From a virus: a stretch of 64,000 nucleotides of DNA. Numbering within the stretch: position 1 is the first letter of the stretch; every line of letters begins with the position of its first letter. The stretch covers positions 31,082 through 95,081 of the IMG/VR virus record IMGVR_UViG_3300042485_001470, one strand, 5' to 3'. Both the position numbers and the translations under genes were made by a program. This document shows positions 1 to 10,397 of the stretch, piece by piece. The notes below the pieces were generated by a model, which had not been told where the DNA came from, did not search any database, and saw only the letters and a program-made list of their open reading frames with translations.

Positions 1-471
1 TTCAACTCATTTTTTCAAGCAACTAGATTAGCAAATATACCAGCTGACCTTTTTGATTATTCACCAAATGCTACAACGTTTTCAAATACATTCGCATCGA
101 TATTAACATTGACAAGCGTACCAACTGGATTATTTGATAACGTACCTTCTGCAACTACATTTGCATCTTGTTTCTTTGCATGCACCGCACTTACTTCAGT
201 ACCATCAACATTGTTTGACCAAAATATAAACGCATCAAACTTTTCTGGTACTTTTAGAAATTGTAGAGCACTTACAAATGTATTACAATTTACAAATAAT
301 GTAAACGCATTGATTTTTAATAACTGCTATAATATGAGTTCTACAACAAATGCACTTACAGGCACAGCACCTGAATTATGGAATAGAACCCCAACACCTT
401 CTGGAACTGATTGTTTTAATAATTGTGTTAATTTAACAAATTTCGCAACAATACCTGCAAACTTTAAGTAA
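1..471 (+). CDS. 5'-truncated BspA-like leucine-rich-repeat protein (probable virion/adhesin protein)
   Basis: Frame open from base 1 (FNSFFQATRLANIPADLFDYS...). ~25-aa repeats LTSVPxxLFDxxxxATxFxxxFxxC. TAA at 469-471. Confidence 0.7.
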   Translation, partial: FNSFFQATRLANIPADLFDYSPNATTFSNTFASILTLTSVPTGLFDNVPSATTFASCFFACTALTSVPSTLFDQNINASNFSGTFRNCRALTNVLQFTNNVNALIFNNCYNMSSTTNALTGTAPELWNRTPTPSGTDCFNNCVNLTNFATIPANFK

Positions 472-472
472 T

Positions 473-916
473 ATGTATTTAAGAATTATAGATGAAACGA
501 TAAATTATCCTTATACTATTAAGGAATTGAGAGAAGCCTATCCTAATGTAAGTTTACCTGCTGAATTATCGGATGAAATGTTGGCAGATTGGGATGTGTA
601 TGTGGTTACTCCAACTACAATGCCAAATGATTATACAAAAAATATTACCGAAGGAACTCCTGTTTTGACGGATGGTGTATATTATCAAAATTGGATTCAA
701 ATAAATGCAACCGAATCTGAAATAAATTATAGATTAGAAAACCAATGGGAAGAAGTAAGAATAATTAGAAATGAATTACTTAAAGAATCTGATTGGACTC
801 AATTAAATGATATTTCTCAAACAATAAAAGATTTGTGGAGTACTTATAGACAAGAATTGAGAGATGTAACGAATCAGCAAAATCCGTTTAATATAGAATG
901 GCCTGTAAAACCCTAA
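473..916 (+). CDS. Tail fibre assembly chaperone-like protein
   Basis: C-terminal WEEVRIIRNELLKESDWTQL...W..YRQELRDV...IEWPVKP is the typical phage tail assembly chaperone signature. Confidence 0.7.
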   Translation: MYLRIIDETINYPYTIKELREAYPNVSLPAELSDEMLADWDVYVVTPTTMPNDYTKNITEGTPVLTDGVYYQNWIQINATESEINYRLENQWEEVRIIRNELLKESDWTQLNDISQTIKDLWSTYRQELRDVTNQQNPFNIEWPVKP

Positions 917-932
917 AAGATATGGAAGTTTA

Positions 933-940
933 TATTTATA
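933..940 (+). promoter_or_regulatory. Putative late promoter core TATTTATA
   Basis: Same octamer lies ~20-55 nt upstream of many structural operon starts in the window. Confidence 0.55.
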
Positions 941-965
941 CCTATAACAAAATAGTTAAGGTAAA

Positions 966-1247
966 ATGGTAATACACAATCCTATATTTTCGGGTTCTAT
1001 AATTCAAGATAGAAATAATGCTTTTGCGGATTTAAGTGGTTCGTTTACTGGTTCTTTAACTGGTTCATTTAAAGGTACAATTGATGTTCAACAAGCATCA
1101 TTTGCAAATTTAAGTATAACTAATAAATTATCGGTAAGTGGTTCTTTAATAATGACCGGTTCTATGAATTTGAATGCCGGTGGATATTTAGTAGATGGGG
1201 TGAATGTATTAGATTCAGCTATCGCATTTGCAATAGCGTTGGGATAA
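966..1247 (+). CDS. Small virion-associated protein, (S/T)GS-rich
   Basis: 93 aa, six (S/T)GS motifs, C-terminal AIAFAIALG, located in the tail-fibre cluster. Confidence 0.55.
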   Translation: MVIHNPIFSGSIIQDRNNAFADLSGSFTGSLTGSFKGTIDVQQASFANLSITNKLSVSGSLIMTGSMNLNAGGYLVDGVNVLDSAIAFAIALG

Positions 1248-1261
1248 AAAAATAAAAAAAA

Positions 1262-1594
1262 ATGGCAAACGCATTTAAAAATAGTATAGCAAGTTCAATT
1301 GGAACAACTGGTGTGCCGGTTTACACAACACCAGCAAATACATCAACAACGGTAATTGGTGTTGGTGTGGCAAACGTAAATACAAACAATATTTCGGTTA
1401 GTGTAATGGTGAGAGATGTATCTGCAAATAAAGTTGCATACGTTGTTAAAGATGCGTTGATAGTGCCTGGTAGTTCTAATGTGTTGGTTGGTGGTGAACA
1501 AAAGTTAGTTTTAGAAAGTGGAGATTTTCTTTCGGTAACATCATCATTAGCTAATTCGGCAGATGTAATTGTTTCGGTATTGGAGATAACATAA
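1262..1594 (+). CDS. Conserved T4-like virion/tail-associated protein
   Basis: 110-aa beta-rich protein (YTTPANTSTTVIG...KLVLESGD...VSVLEIT), immediately upstream of the fibre gene. Confidence 0.55.
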   Translation: MANAFKNSIASSIGTTGVPVYTTPANTSTTVIGVGVANVNTNNISVSVMVRDVSANKVAYVVKDALIVPGSSNVLVGGEQKLVLESGDFLSVTSSLANSADVIVSVLEIT

Positions 1595-1606
1595 AAGTTT
1601 TAATGA

Positions 1607-4600
1607 ATGGAATATTTGGGTAAAAGTCCTAATGGGTTAAATCAACTAAGTTCATCCTTAGTTGGTTTGTTTGTAAGTGGTAGTAATATAGCACAATTTT
1701 CATCAGCATCAGTAAATGTTGTTGGTAGTGTTACTGCTTCTGGAATACAAGCATACGAAATAGATTCTTTTGGAAACTTACCATTGGAAATAAAATCTAA
1801 TACTCAAATAACTGGGTCTTTAGCTGTATCATCTTCAATAACCGCATCTTTATTTAGAGGTGATGGTGCCGGATTGTTTAATATATCAGCCACATCTATT
1901 GGTGATATTGATAAAATAAAATCAGGTTCAGCAACTGCAATAATTTCACCAAATAAAGGGTTGGTAGTAAATGTACCAACTTCAATTGATGGTGTATTGG
2001 CAGTAAACGGAAATTCAAACATAACTGGTTCAGTTGTAATAAGCCAAAACTTAAATGTGGCTGGAAAAATTACAACAACTGAATTACATACAACATTTAT
2101 ATCATCTTCAGTAATATTCTCATCTGGTTCAAATAAATTTGGTGACAACGTTATTGATAGACAAGAAATAACTGGTTCTTTAAACGTAAGTGGTTCTATA
2201 TTTGTAGGCGGAAATACAATACCAACCGATAATACAACAAATGAGGTGTTGGTGTTGAATACTACAACTGGTAGAATTAGTAGAAGATTTGCAGCAGCAA
2301 CTTCTGGTACATCAGGAACTTCTGGCACATCAGGAACTTCTGGAACATCAGGAACTTCTGGAACATCAGGAACTTCTGGCACATCGGGAACTTCTGGAAC
2401 AAGCGGAACTTCTGGTACATCAGGAACTTCTGGTACATCAGGAACTTCTGGTACATCGGGAACTTCTGGTACATCGGGAACTTCTGGAACATCAGGAACT
2501 TCTGGTACAAGTGGAACATCGGGTTCTTCTGGTACTCGTGGAACAAGCGGAACTTCTGGAACATCAGGAACTTCTGGCACATCGGGAACTTCTGGTACAA
2601 GTGGTACATCTGGTTCTAGTGGAACAAGCGGAGCTAGTGGTAGTAGTGGTAGTAGTGGAACATCTGGAACTTCTGGCACAAGCGGTACATCTGGAACTTC
2701 GGGTATAAGTGGTAGTAGTGGAACGAGTGGAAGTAGTGGAACAAGTGGTTCTTCTGGAAGTAGTGGAACGAGTGGAAGTAGTGGAACAAGTGGTTCATCG
2801 GGAACTTCTGGTATAAGTGGTACATCAGGAACTTCTGGTATAAGTGGTACATCAGGAACTTCTGGTACATCGGGAATAAGTGGAAGTGCTGGTACGTCTG
2901 GTACAAGTGGTATAAGTGGTACATCGGGAACTTCTGGTACATCAGGAACAAGTGGAACATCGGGAACTTCTGGATTAACTGGAGCCGGTGGTGGTACTGG
3001 AAGTTCTGGTTCAAGTGGTTCTTCTGGAACTTCAGGAACATCTGGAACAAGCGGAACATCAGGAACTTCTGGGACTAGTGGTATAGGTGGAGCAAGTGGT
3101 ACTAGCGGAACATCAGGAACTTCTGGGACTAGTGGTACATCGGGTATAAATGGAAGTAGTGGAACATCCGGTACACGTGGAACTTCTGGTACAAGCGGAG
3201 CTAGTGGAACTGGTGGTACTTCTGGTACATCAGGAACTTCTGGGACTAGTGGTACATCTGGTACATCGGGTACTTCTGGTACTTCTGGTACTTCTGGTTC
3301 ACGTGGAACTTCTGGAACAAGTGGAGCCAGCGGAAGTGCAGGTTCATCGGGAACTTCTGGAACAAGTGGCACATCCGGAACTTCGGGTATAAGTGGTTCA
3401 TCGGGAACTTCTGGTACATCAGGAACTTCTGGTACATCAGGAACTTCTGGTAGTCGTGGTACAAGCGGAACTTCTGGCACAAGTGGAGTAAGTGGAAGTG
3501 CCGGTACAAGTGGTACTTCTGGTACAAGCGGAACATCGGGAACATCTGGAACATCGGGAACTTCTGGAACATCTGGAACTTCTGGAACATCTGGAACTTC
3601 TGGAACATCGGGAACTTCTGGAACATCAGGAGTAAGTGGTTCATCAGGAACTTCTGGTACAAGTGGAACATCGGGAACTTCTGGAACAAGCGGTACGTCT
3701 GGAACATCAGGAACTTCTGGAACAAGTGGTGTAAGTGGTTCATCGGGAACTTCTGGTACATCGGGAACAAGCGGTACATCAGGAACAAGCGGTACATCAG
3801 GAACAAGAGGAACTTCTGGTACAAGCGGAACTTCTGGTACGAGCGGAACATCCGGTACATCAGGAACATCTGGAACAAGTGGTTCATCTGGAACGCGTGG
3901 GACTTCTGGAACTTCTGGAACTTCTGGTACATCAGGAACTTCTGGAACAAGCGGAAGTAGTGGTTCATCTGGATTACTATCATTAACTGGTACAACTGAT
4001 AATGGTGTAATCACATTAAATGGAACTGCACCAAACGCAACTGTTGAAGCAAACTTAAAATTCGATGGTAGTACATTGACAGTAACGGGGGATGCTACAA
4101 TTAGTGGTAACTTAACTGTAAGTGGTACAACAACTACAATTAATACCGAAACAATCCTATTAGCGGATAATATTATAACTCTTAACTCAAACTTCACATC
4201 TGGAGCACCAACTGAAAATGCTGGTATCGAAGTTAGGAGAGGTTCATCTGCAACTGTACAATTTTATTGGGATGAAACCAATGATAGATGGTATGCAGAT
4301 AATACATTACAGGTTGTAGGCAACGTAATCCTTAGTGGTACAATAGATACTGGACAGGGAGCAACGGAAGTTCATTTAATGAATCAGAATCTTCGTACAA
4401 CTGATAACGTAACACATGCTACAATTACAGCAACAAATGGTGTAAGTGTAACTGGTGGAAACCTTTCAGTAAGTGCTGGTAATATAACTATAAGTGGTAC
4501 AATAGATACTGGACAAGGTGCAACCGAAGTTCATTTAATGAACCAAAACGTTAGAACTTCTGATAACGTACAATTTGCAACAGTAAACGCATCTAATTTT

Positions 4601-7600
4601 AGAGATGGTAATGGTGCATTCAACGTAAACTTAGGTAGTGGTGGTTCTGAAGGTAGAGGTTTAGTTGCTGGATATAGTGGTGGATGGTATGGTGGTATCG
4701 GGTATAACGTAAGACATACAGGTACATCTGGTACTTTAATAGCACCATTAACCGATACGGCAACATATCTTAATTTTAGTCAAGGATTTACTTTCTATAA
4801 TGACCAAACAACTACTGCTGGTAGAACTATTGGTTGGACTCAAATCGGTAGATTAGATAGTGCAGGTACATTTACAATTCCTGGTAACTTAGTTGCGGCA
4901 CAGGTAAATACTGGACAAGGTTTAACTGAAGTTCATTTAATGAACCAAAATGTTAGAACAACTGATAGTGTAACATTTGCTAATATAAGTGCTGCTAATA
5001 CAACTGTTAATAATTTAATTTTACCACAAAATCCGGTAGGAACAACTTATGGAAATGGTGTATCAACAACACCACCATATATGATTTCCCAAACCGTTGG
5101 TGATAATGATGGTTGGCGAATTTTTGGTGAAACATCTACAACAAATGCCGTAAGAATGGTATTTGAATTGATTGATGATATTGAAACTGCATTTACTGAC
5201 CAATGGGCGTTTAGAAATAAATTAACATACGGTGGTTATACTGCAAGAAATGAATTCCAAATATCAGGAGATGGAGATGCATTAGCTCGTACATCGATGA
5301 GGGCTCCAATTTTTTATGATAGTGATAATACTGGATATTATGGTAATTTTGCAGCAACATCCGAATTAAATGCCGCAAATCTATATGGAACTTGGGCTTG
5401 GAGAAATGGAGCACAACAAAACTTCTACACATCAGCTGGAAATTTAAGAGGATATATTCAGGCAACTGATACCGATGATGCACACTTCATTATAGCTACA
5501 TCCGGTGGTGAAGATATATCATTTAGAGATGGTGGACTGGCGGGATCTGTGAATATGGTAATTAGAGGAAATGGTACGGTTCAGGCATACGATGATTTCA
5601 GAGCACCAATATTCTATGATTCGGCAGATACAACATATAGAATTGATGCAAATGGCACATCTGTTGTTGATATAATGGAATTTGGTGGTGATATATCAAC
5701 TAACACTTCAAATGGTTCTAAAATGTTTGGTATGTTTATACCGGATGGTAAATATCAAACTCGTAATTGGCATGCTGGTGATGGTGGATATGTTTGGGGT
5801 GGAATGCAATATAGAACAGGATTATCGGATTCTCCAATTGGTTCATACGCACATAGCGGAAACTTTGCCGCTTGGGCAGGATGGAGACAAAACGGATGGG
5901 TGCCAATTGATAGAACAAAAACATATAAAGTTTCTGCTTGGATAAGAACAACATCTGGTAATCCATATTGCTATCTTTCATTTACGCAAGCTGGATTTGA
6001 TTATTCTCAACCTGATAATGGTGGTTGGGGACAACCTTATTATTGGAGTGGTGTGGCACCATCTTCTTGGACAGAATACACAATGACTATTGGACCTGCT
6101 GGGTCTGGAGCTCAATATACTTGGTATTCATACGCAAGATTCATGCAGTTAGGCTTCCTACATAACTATTTGTATAGTGGATATAGTGGAAATGCGGAAT
6201 TTGTAGGATTTAAAATTGAAGAAGTTGATAATACATTAGCTAATAATACTGTTGTATTAGGACCTATTTACGCAACTCAATTTATTGATAATAATGATGG
6301 TAGTTTCTTAGTTGACCCTAATGGTACTTCTAGACTTAGTGTTTTAACACTAACATCTACATTCAATTTACCAAACAACGCATTAGTATCAGTAAATAAT
6401 GAGCCGGATACTTGGGGTGCTAGATTTAGAACAACAACATCTACATCAAACTTAGGTTCGGCACTTAAAAATATTATTTGGACAGGTGGGGGTAGTTCCG
6501 AAGGTTTTGCAGTTTCTGGAGTAGGAACTGGTGGATATGCATTAGAAGTAAGAAATGATGGTATAGCTTGGGCTAGGAGTTCATTTAGAGCACCTGAAAT
6601 TTACGCTGACCGTTTTTATGATGATGATGGAACATTTGCATTTAGATTTGCACCAAATACTGGTGTATCTAGAGCGATAAACTTGGCAAGTAGTACATCA
6701 GACCCATCAAGTGTTGGTTCAGCATCTGGTATCACATCTGGACAAAGAAGTGATGGACAACCATACTATATGCTTTATGTACCATCTGCTTATAACAATG
6801 GATATAGTACACATACTCGTTTAAGATTAAATTGGCATACTGGTGTTGAAATAGGAGCTGACCCATCGTATGGTGGTACTAGATTCTTTAACGGAAACTT
6901 ACCAATTTACGGAAGTGAAATAATGTCAATCGGTGCTGGTGATTCTAATATAAGAATTACAAACACTTTATTTGTTCCGTATATTGCAGATAGAGACAAT
7001 ACGGCATTCTATCTAAACCCTGCTGATACGGGAAATTCTATTAATATAGCAGGTTCATTACGAGCAGCTAATTATAATAAACCGGCTATTATGTCTGTGT
7101 CAAGCGGAACATCTTCAGCTGGGGCATCATTTGGAATTCAACAAGAAACGGCTGAAGGTTGGACAGGTATATTTGTAGATTATGAACCATATACTGGATG
7201 GGGATTCTACCATGATAATCCAAACAACCTATTTTCGTTTACTTCTGAAGGTTCAACTGGGCAAATTCGTTCATTTACTGTACCATCGAGAGTAAGTGGT
7301 AATAGAACGGCTTATGAGAAACTTAGAATTGACCAAAATAATGGTGATATAATTGTTGGTAGAGATGGTTATGCACAATCATCATTTAGAGCACCAATAT
7401 TCTATGATAGTAACAACACAACATATTATATAGACCCTAATAGTAACTCTGTTATAAGAGGTAGATTGGATGTTCAGGCTGGACATGGTAATACAAATAT
7501 AAGATTAACTGCAATAGGTGGGGAGATGGGTTCTGGTGTACAATCTACTATGCAGTGGTGGGTATCTGAACCGGGTGTAACTTGGAACGATGGTGGTTTT

Positions 7601-9919
7601 GGATATAACGTACAAAACGATGGTGGTTCTCCTTCTGGATTTGGTAGATTGAATACGGGATTAGGACAGGCTTACATGAGATTCAGTACAGCTGGGCATT
7701 TATATTTTTATAACACAAATACTTCTGGTACTAGATATTCTACTATGGATATGTATGCTAGTAATTACATATATGTTCATAACTATTTAGAAGCAGGTAG
7801 TTCATTAAGAGCACCAATATTCTACGATAGTAATAATACTGGATTTTATACTGACCAAGCATCTACATCTCGATACAATGAGATAAGAGCTAACAAAATG
7901 CGTGCTGATACCAATGGTGCTATGAGTGATGACCAGGGTTGGTGGACGCATGACCCGTATGGATATGGGTGGGGTAAACCACATGGTTCATTCCGTACAT
8001 TGGAGGTATCTACATCTGGTAATTTCAGTACTGAACCAATGTTGTTCCGTATGCACCAGTGGGGTTCTGGAGCAGCAGAATTCTGGAAACCACAAGGTCT
8101 TACTCTTTTCTTGAGAGAAACTCCAATTGGTGGTAATATTAAGCACAGTAACTGGTTTACTCGTTTTTATGTACAAAGATACATTGAAACGGATGAATCA
8201 ATGAGAGCGCCAATTTTCTACGATAGTGATAATACTGGATATTATGTAGACCCTACCGGCGAAACAAACTGGCAAGGATTAACTTTATATGCAAAAAATA
8301 GAATTGGTTTAGCCGCTAAGGAGCAGTATAGAAGAAGTGATTACACTGGTGATACTAACCACTGGACTGGTGCTAGAGGATGGGGTACTACTTCATTCAA
8401 TGACCAAATGAACTGGGGTTCTGGTTGGGGTGATTCTTGGGGTAGTATTGGACAATCTCCTGGCGATACTTCTCATTATTTAACGGCACAAGTATATCAC
8501 TATTCTTATTCTGGAGTTGGATATGGGTGGCAATTAACTGGTGGTGTTACTGATTCATTGTGGTGGAGACATAGCTGGCCATCTAATAGCGGTTGGTTCA
8601 AAATCGCAATGTATGATAATAATGCATCAGCGGGTGGTGCGTTATGGGCAGGTATATTTTATGATTCAAATGATAGTGGATATTATTTAGACCCAAATAC
8701 TACATCAAATGCTGCATTAAGAATTAGAGGTGGTACATTACATGGACCTAACCCAAGTTGGGGAAAATATTTAGCAGTTGGTACAAACGGACATTGGACC
8801 GGTGGTTATGCTAGTGTTGCTGTAACCAATGGTAACCTTCACTTAGATTCTGAAGGTGGGTATGGTATGTACCTACAATGGTATGTTGGTGGTAGCACCT
8901 ATGTAAATGGTGATATACGTGCAAACATATTCTATGATTTGCAAAACACCTCATATTATTGTGACCCTACTGGATATTCTCAATTTAGTAGTGGTGAGTT
9001 TAACAACTATATGAGAGCAGCTCGTATAGACTTCATTGGTACGGGTGGTAACTCTGGACAAGGTACAAATGCATACTCTATCTTCCAAGAAGGTGGTGGA
9101 TGGGGTTATCCTTATCCGGATTTAAGAATTGCATACCATACTGGTATCAAATTAGGAGCAAACGGACCTTCTTATGAAGGAACAAGAGTTTACACCGATT
9201 ATGATATGAGTGATTTAGCAATCCAATTGTGTGGACCATCAAACTATTCATTTAAGTATAAATGGATGTGGACAAATGATACTGGATATTATTCTAGTGT
9301 AAATGGGGCACACTGGTATCCAAATAACATCACCTATGGTGCTTGGAGAATGGATGGTAATCGAAATGGTTGGTATGGACACGTAATTGATTCGGCGTAT
9401 TTACCTCACTATATGTGGGAGAGTGGTAATGGTGGAATATATTTACAAAATGCCGGAAGATGGGTATTATATCATTCATTGGGAAATAACTGTACCGGAT
9501 TGGGTACATCAGCAACATCTGGCGCATACGGTATATATGTAGATAAAGGTGTTTACACTACTGGAAACGTTGTAGCTTACTCCGATAGACGTGCAAAAGA
9601 AAATATTGTAACTATTGATGATGCATTAAGTAAATTAATGCAATTAAGAGGTGTTTATTACAATAGAATAAAAGATGAAGATAAAGTAAGACAATTGGGT
9701 GTAATTGCACAAGAAGTTAATGAGATAGTTCCTGAAGTAGTAACTTATGCAGAAGATGTTGATGAATACGGAGTTGCTTATGGTAATTTAGCTGGATTAT
9801 TTATAGAATCTATAAAAGACCAACAAGCAATTATTGATAAACAATCTGAAGAAATAAATTTATTAAAAGATGAATTACAAAAAATTAAAGATTTAATATT
9901 TAATACTAATAAAGGATAA
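1607..9919 (+). CDS. Giant tail fibre with Gly-X-Y stalk, repeated fibre modules and C-terminal peptidase S74 intramolecular chaperone
   Basis: 2770 aa. (GTS)n tract, ~10 RAPIFYDSxNxxYYxDP-like modules, C-terminal YSDRRAKENI...LRGVYY...GVIAQEV...VAYGNL plus coiled coil. Confidence 0.9.
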   Translation: MEYLGKSPNGLNQLSSSLVGLFVSGSNIAQFSSASVNVVGSVTASGIQAYEIDSFGNLPLEIKSNTQITGSLAVSSSITASLFRGDGAGLFNISATSIGDIDKIKSGSATAIISPNKGLVVNVPTSIDGVLAVNGNSNITGSVVISQNLNVAGKITTTELHTTFISSSVIFSSGSNKFGDNVIDRQEITGSLNVSGSIFVGGNTIPTDNTTNEVLVLNTTTGRISRRFAAATSGTSGTSGTSGTSGTSGTSGTSGTSGTSGTSGTSGTSGTSGTSGTSGTSGTSGTSGTSGTSGTSGTSGTSGTSGSSGTRGTSGTSGTSGTSGTSGTSGTSGTSGSSGTSGASGSSGSSGTSGTSGTSGTSGTSGISGSSGTSGSSGTSGSSGSSGTSGSSGTSGSSGTSGISGTSGTSGISGTSGTSGTSGISGSAGTSGTSGISGTSGTSGTSGTSGTSGTSGLTGAGGGTGSSGSSGSSGTSGTSGTSGTSGTSGTSGIGGASGTSGTSGTSGTSGTSGINGSSGTSGTRGTSGTSGASGTGGTSGTSGTSGTSGTSGTSGTSGTSGTSGSRGTSGTSGASGSAGSSGTSGTSGTSGTSGISGSSGTSGTSGTSGTSGTSGSRGTSGTSGTSGVSGSAGTSGTSGTSGTSGTSGTSGTSGTSGTSGTSGTSGTSGTSGTSGVSGSSGTSGTSGTSGTSGTSGTSGTSGTSGTSGVSGSSGTSGTSGTSGTSGTSGTSGTRGTSGTSGTSGTSGTSGTSGTSGTSGSSGTRGTSGTSGTSGTSGTSGTSGSSGSSGLLSLTGTTDNGVITLNGTAPNATVEANLKFDGSTLTVTGDATISGNLTVSGTTTTINTETILLADNIITLNSNFTSGAPTENAGIEVRRGSSATVQFYWDETNDRWYADNTLQVVGNVILSGTIDTGQGATEVHLMNQNLRTTDNVTHATITATNGVSVTGGNLSVSAGNITISGTIDTGQGATEVHLMNQNVRTSDNVQFATVNASNFRDGNGAFNVNLGSGGSEGRGLVAGYSGGWYGGIGYNVRHTGTSGTLIAPLTDTATYLNFSQGFTFYNDQTTTAGRTIGWTQIGRLDSAGTFTIPGNLVAAQVNTGQGLTEVHLMNQNVRTTDSVTFANISAANTTVNNLILPQNPVGTTYGNGVSTTPPYMISQTVGDNDGWRIFGETSTTNAVRMVFELIDDIETAFTDQWAFRNKLTYGGYTARNEFQISGDGDALARTSMRAPIFYDSDNTGYYGNFAATSELNAANLYGTWAWRNGAQQNFYTSAGNLRGYIQATDTDDAHFIIATSGGEDISFRDGGLAGSVNMVIRGNGTVQAYDDFRAPIFYDSADTTYRIDANGTSVVDIMEFGGDISTNTSNGSKMFGMFIPDGKYQTRNWHAGDGGYVWGGMQYRTGLSDSPIGSYAHSGNFAAWAGWRQNGWVPIDRTKTYKVSAWIRTTSGNPYCYLSFTQAGFDYSQPDNGGWGQPYYWSGVAPSSWTEYTMTIGPAGSGAQYTWYSYARFMQLGFLHNYLYSGYSGNAEFVGFKIEEVDNTLANNTVVLGPIYATQFIDNNDGSFLVDPNGTSRLSVLTLTSTFNLPNNALVSVNNEPDTWGARFRTTTSTSNLGSALKNIIWTGGGSSEGFAVSGVGTGGYALEVRNDGIAWARSSFRAPEIYADRFYDDDGTFAFRFAPNTGVSRAINLASSTSDPSSVGSASGITSGQRSDGQPYYMLYVPSAYNNGYSTHTRLRLNWHTGVEIGADPSYGGTRFFNGNLPIYGSEIMSIGAGDSNIRITNTLFVPYIADRDNTAFYLNPADTGNSINIAGSLRAANYNKPAIMSVSSGTSSAGASFGIQQETAEGWTGIFVDYEPYTGWGFYHDNPNNLFSFTSEGSTGQIRSFTVPSRVSGNRTAYEKLRIDQNNGDIIVGRDGYAQSSFRAPIFYDSNNTTYYIDPNSNSVIRGRLDVQAGHGNTNIRLTAIGGEMGSGVQSTMQWWVSEPGVTWNDGGFGYNVQNDGGSPSGFGRLNTGLGQAYMRFSTAGHLYFYNTNTSGTRYSTMDMYASNYIYVHNYLEAGSSLRAPIFYDSNNTGFYTDQASTSRYNEIRANKMRADTNGAMSDDQGWWTHDPYGYGWGKPHGSFRTLEVSTSGNFSTEPMLFRMHQWGSGAAEFWKPQGLTLFLRETPIGGNIKHSNWFTRFYVQRYIETDESMRAPIFYDSDNTGYYVDPTGETNWQGLTLYAKNRIGLAAKEQYRRSDYTGDTNHWTGARGWGTTSFNDQMNWGSGWGDSWGSIGQSPGDTSHYLTAQVYHYSYSGVGYGWQLTGGVTDSLWWRHSWPSNSGWFKIAMYDNNASAGGALWAGIFYDSNDSGYYLDPNTTSNAALRIRGGTLHGPNPSWGKYLAVGTNGHWTGGYASVAVTNGNLHLDSEGGYGMYLQWYVGGSTYVNGDIRANIFYDLQNTSYYCDPTGYSQFSSGEFNNYMRAARIDFIGTGGNSGQGTNAYSIFQEGGGWGYPYPDLRIAYHTGIKLGANGPSYEGTRVYTDYDMSDLAIQLCGPSNYSFKYKWMWTNDTGYYSSVNGAHWYPNNITYGAWRMDGNRNGWYGHVIDSAYLPHYMWESGNGGIYLQNAGRWVLYHSLGNNCTGLGTSATSGAYGIYVDKGVYTTGNVVAYSDRRAKENIVTIDDALSKLMQLRGVYYNRIKDEDKVRQLGVIAQEVNEIVPEVVTYAEDVDEYGVAYGNLAGLFIESIKDQQAIIDKQSEEINLLKDELQKIKDLIFNTNKG
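2300..3973 (+). repeat. 9-bp-period coding tandem repeat (Gly-Thr/Ser-Ser)n
   Basis: Gly codons at 2306 and 3971 are 1665 nt apart (185 x 9). Units such as ggaacttct, ggtacatca and ggaacaagt. Confidence 0.95.
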
Positions 9920-9922
9920 ATT

Positions 9923-10354
9923 ATGGCACTCTTAAGAGATTACGAACTACCAGGAACTGGATTAATTGCACCAAATGCATATCATGTTGTAACAAATGTA
10001 AAGGTTGAAAAACGAATGGCGGATTTCAAACCACCAGTAGATAATTCAAGACCAGACGGCCTTACTGTAATGAACAGAACTTTAGAAACAGCAGTTCATT
10101 GGAAATCTGGATATATTGCTGAAATAGCAGTAACGATTTGGAAAGATAAAGAGGCAAGAGATACTGACGCAAATCCAATTGGATTTATAGGAAAAAATCC
10201 ATCTGATAATAAATATGGCGTAAGTATTGGTACTGATGGTATGGACCATAAATGTGTATTTATTTTAGATGTGCCATCGGAATTAGACCATGTAGCACAA
10301 GCATATAGACATCTACTAACTACTGATTATTACAGTGGTTCTTTGGAAGTTTAA
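9923..10354 (+). CDS. Hypothetical tail-fibre-associated protein
   Basis: 143-aa ORF starting 3 nt after the fibre stop codon. Confidence 0.6.
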   Translation: MALLRDYELPGTGLIAPNAYHVVTNVKVEKRMADFKPPVDNSRPDGLTVMNRTLETAVHWKSGYIAEIAVTIWKDKEARDTDANPIGFIGKNPSDNKYGVSIGTDGMDHKCVFILDVPSELDHVAQAYRHLLTTDYYSGSLEV

Positions 10355-10369
10355 AAAATAAATTACATA

Positions 10370-10377
10370 TATTTATA
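10370..10377 (+). promoter_or_regulatory. Putative late promoter core TATTTATA
   Basis: Recurrent motif, 20 nt before ATG 10398. Confidence 0.5.
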
Positions 10378-10397
10378 GAATATAAAACAAAATTATT

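Noticed and set aside
2300-3973. Possible CRISPR array or non-coding satellite
   Set aside because: No unique spacers. The 9-nt period with synonymous variation lies inside an intact CDS.
1804-4197. 797-aa minus-strand ORF (PEVPDV repeats) and other overlapping ORFs in the repeat
   Set aside because: These are antisense or alternate-frame shadows of the 9-bp Gly-Thr-Ser repeat, which lacks stops in several frames. No independent expression signals.
1607-9919. Diversity-generating retroelement targeting the fibre
   Set aside because: No reverse transcriptase in the window, and I saw no TR/VR pair differing only at adenines.
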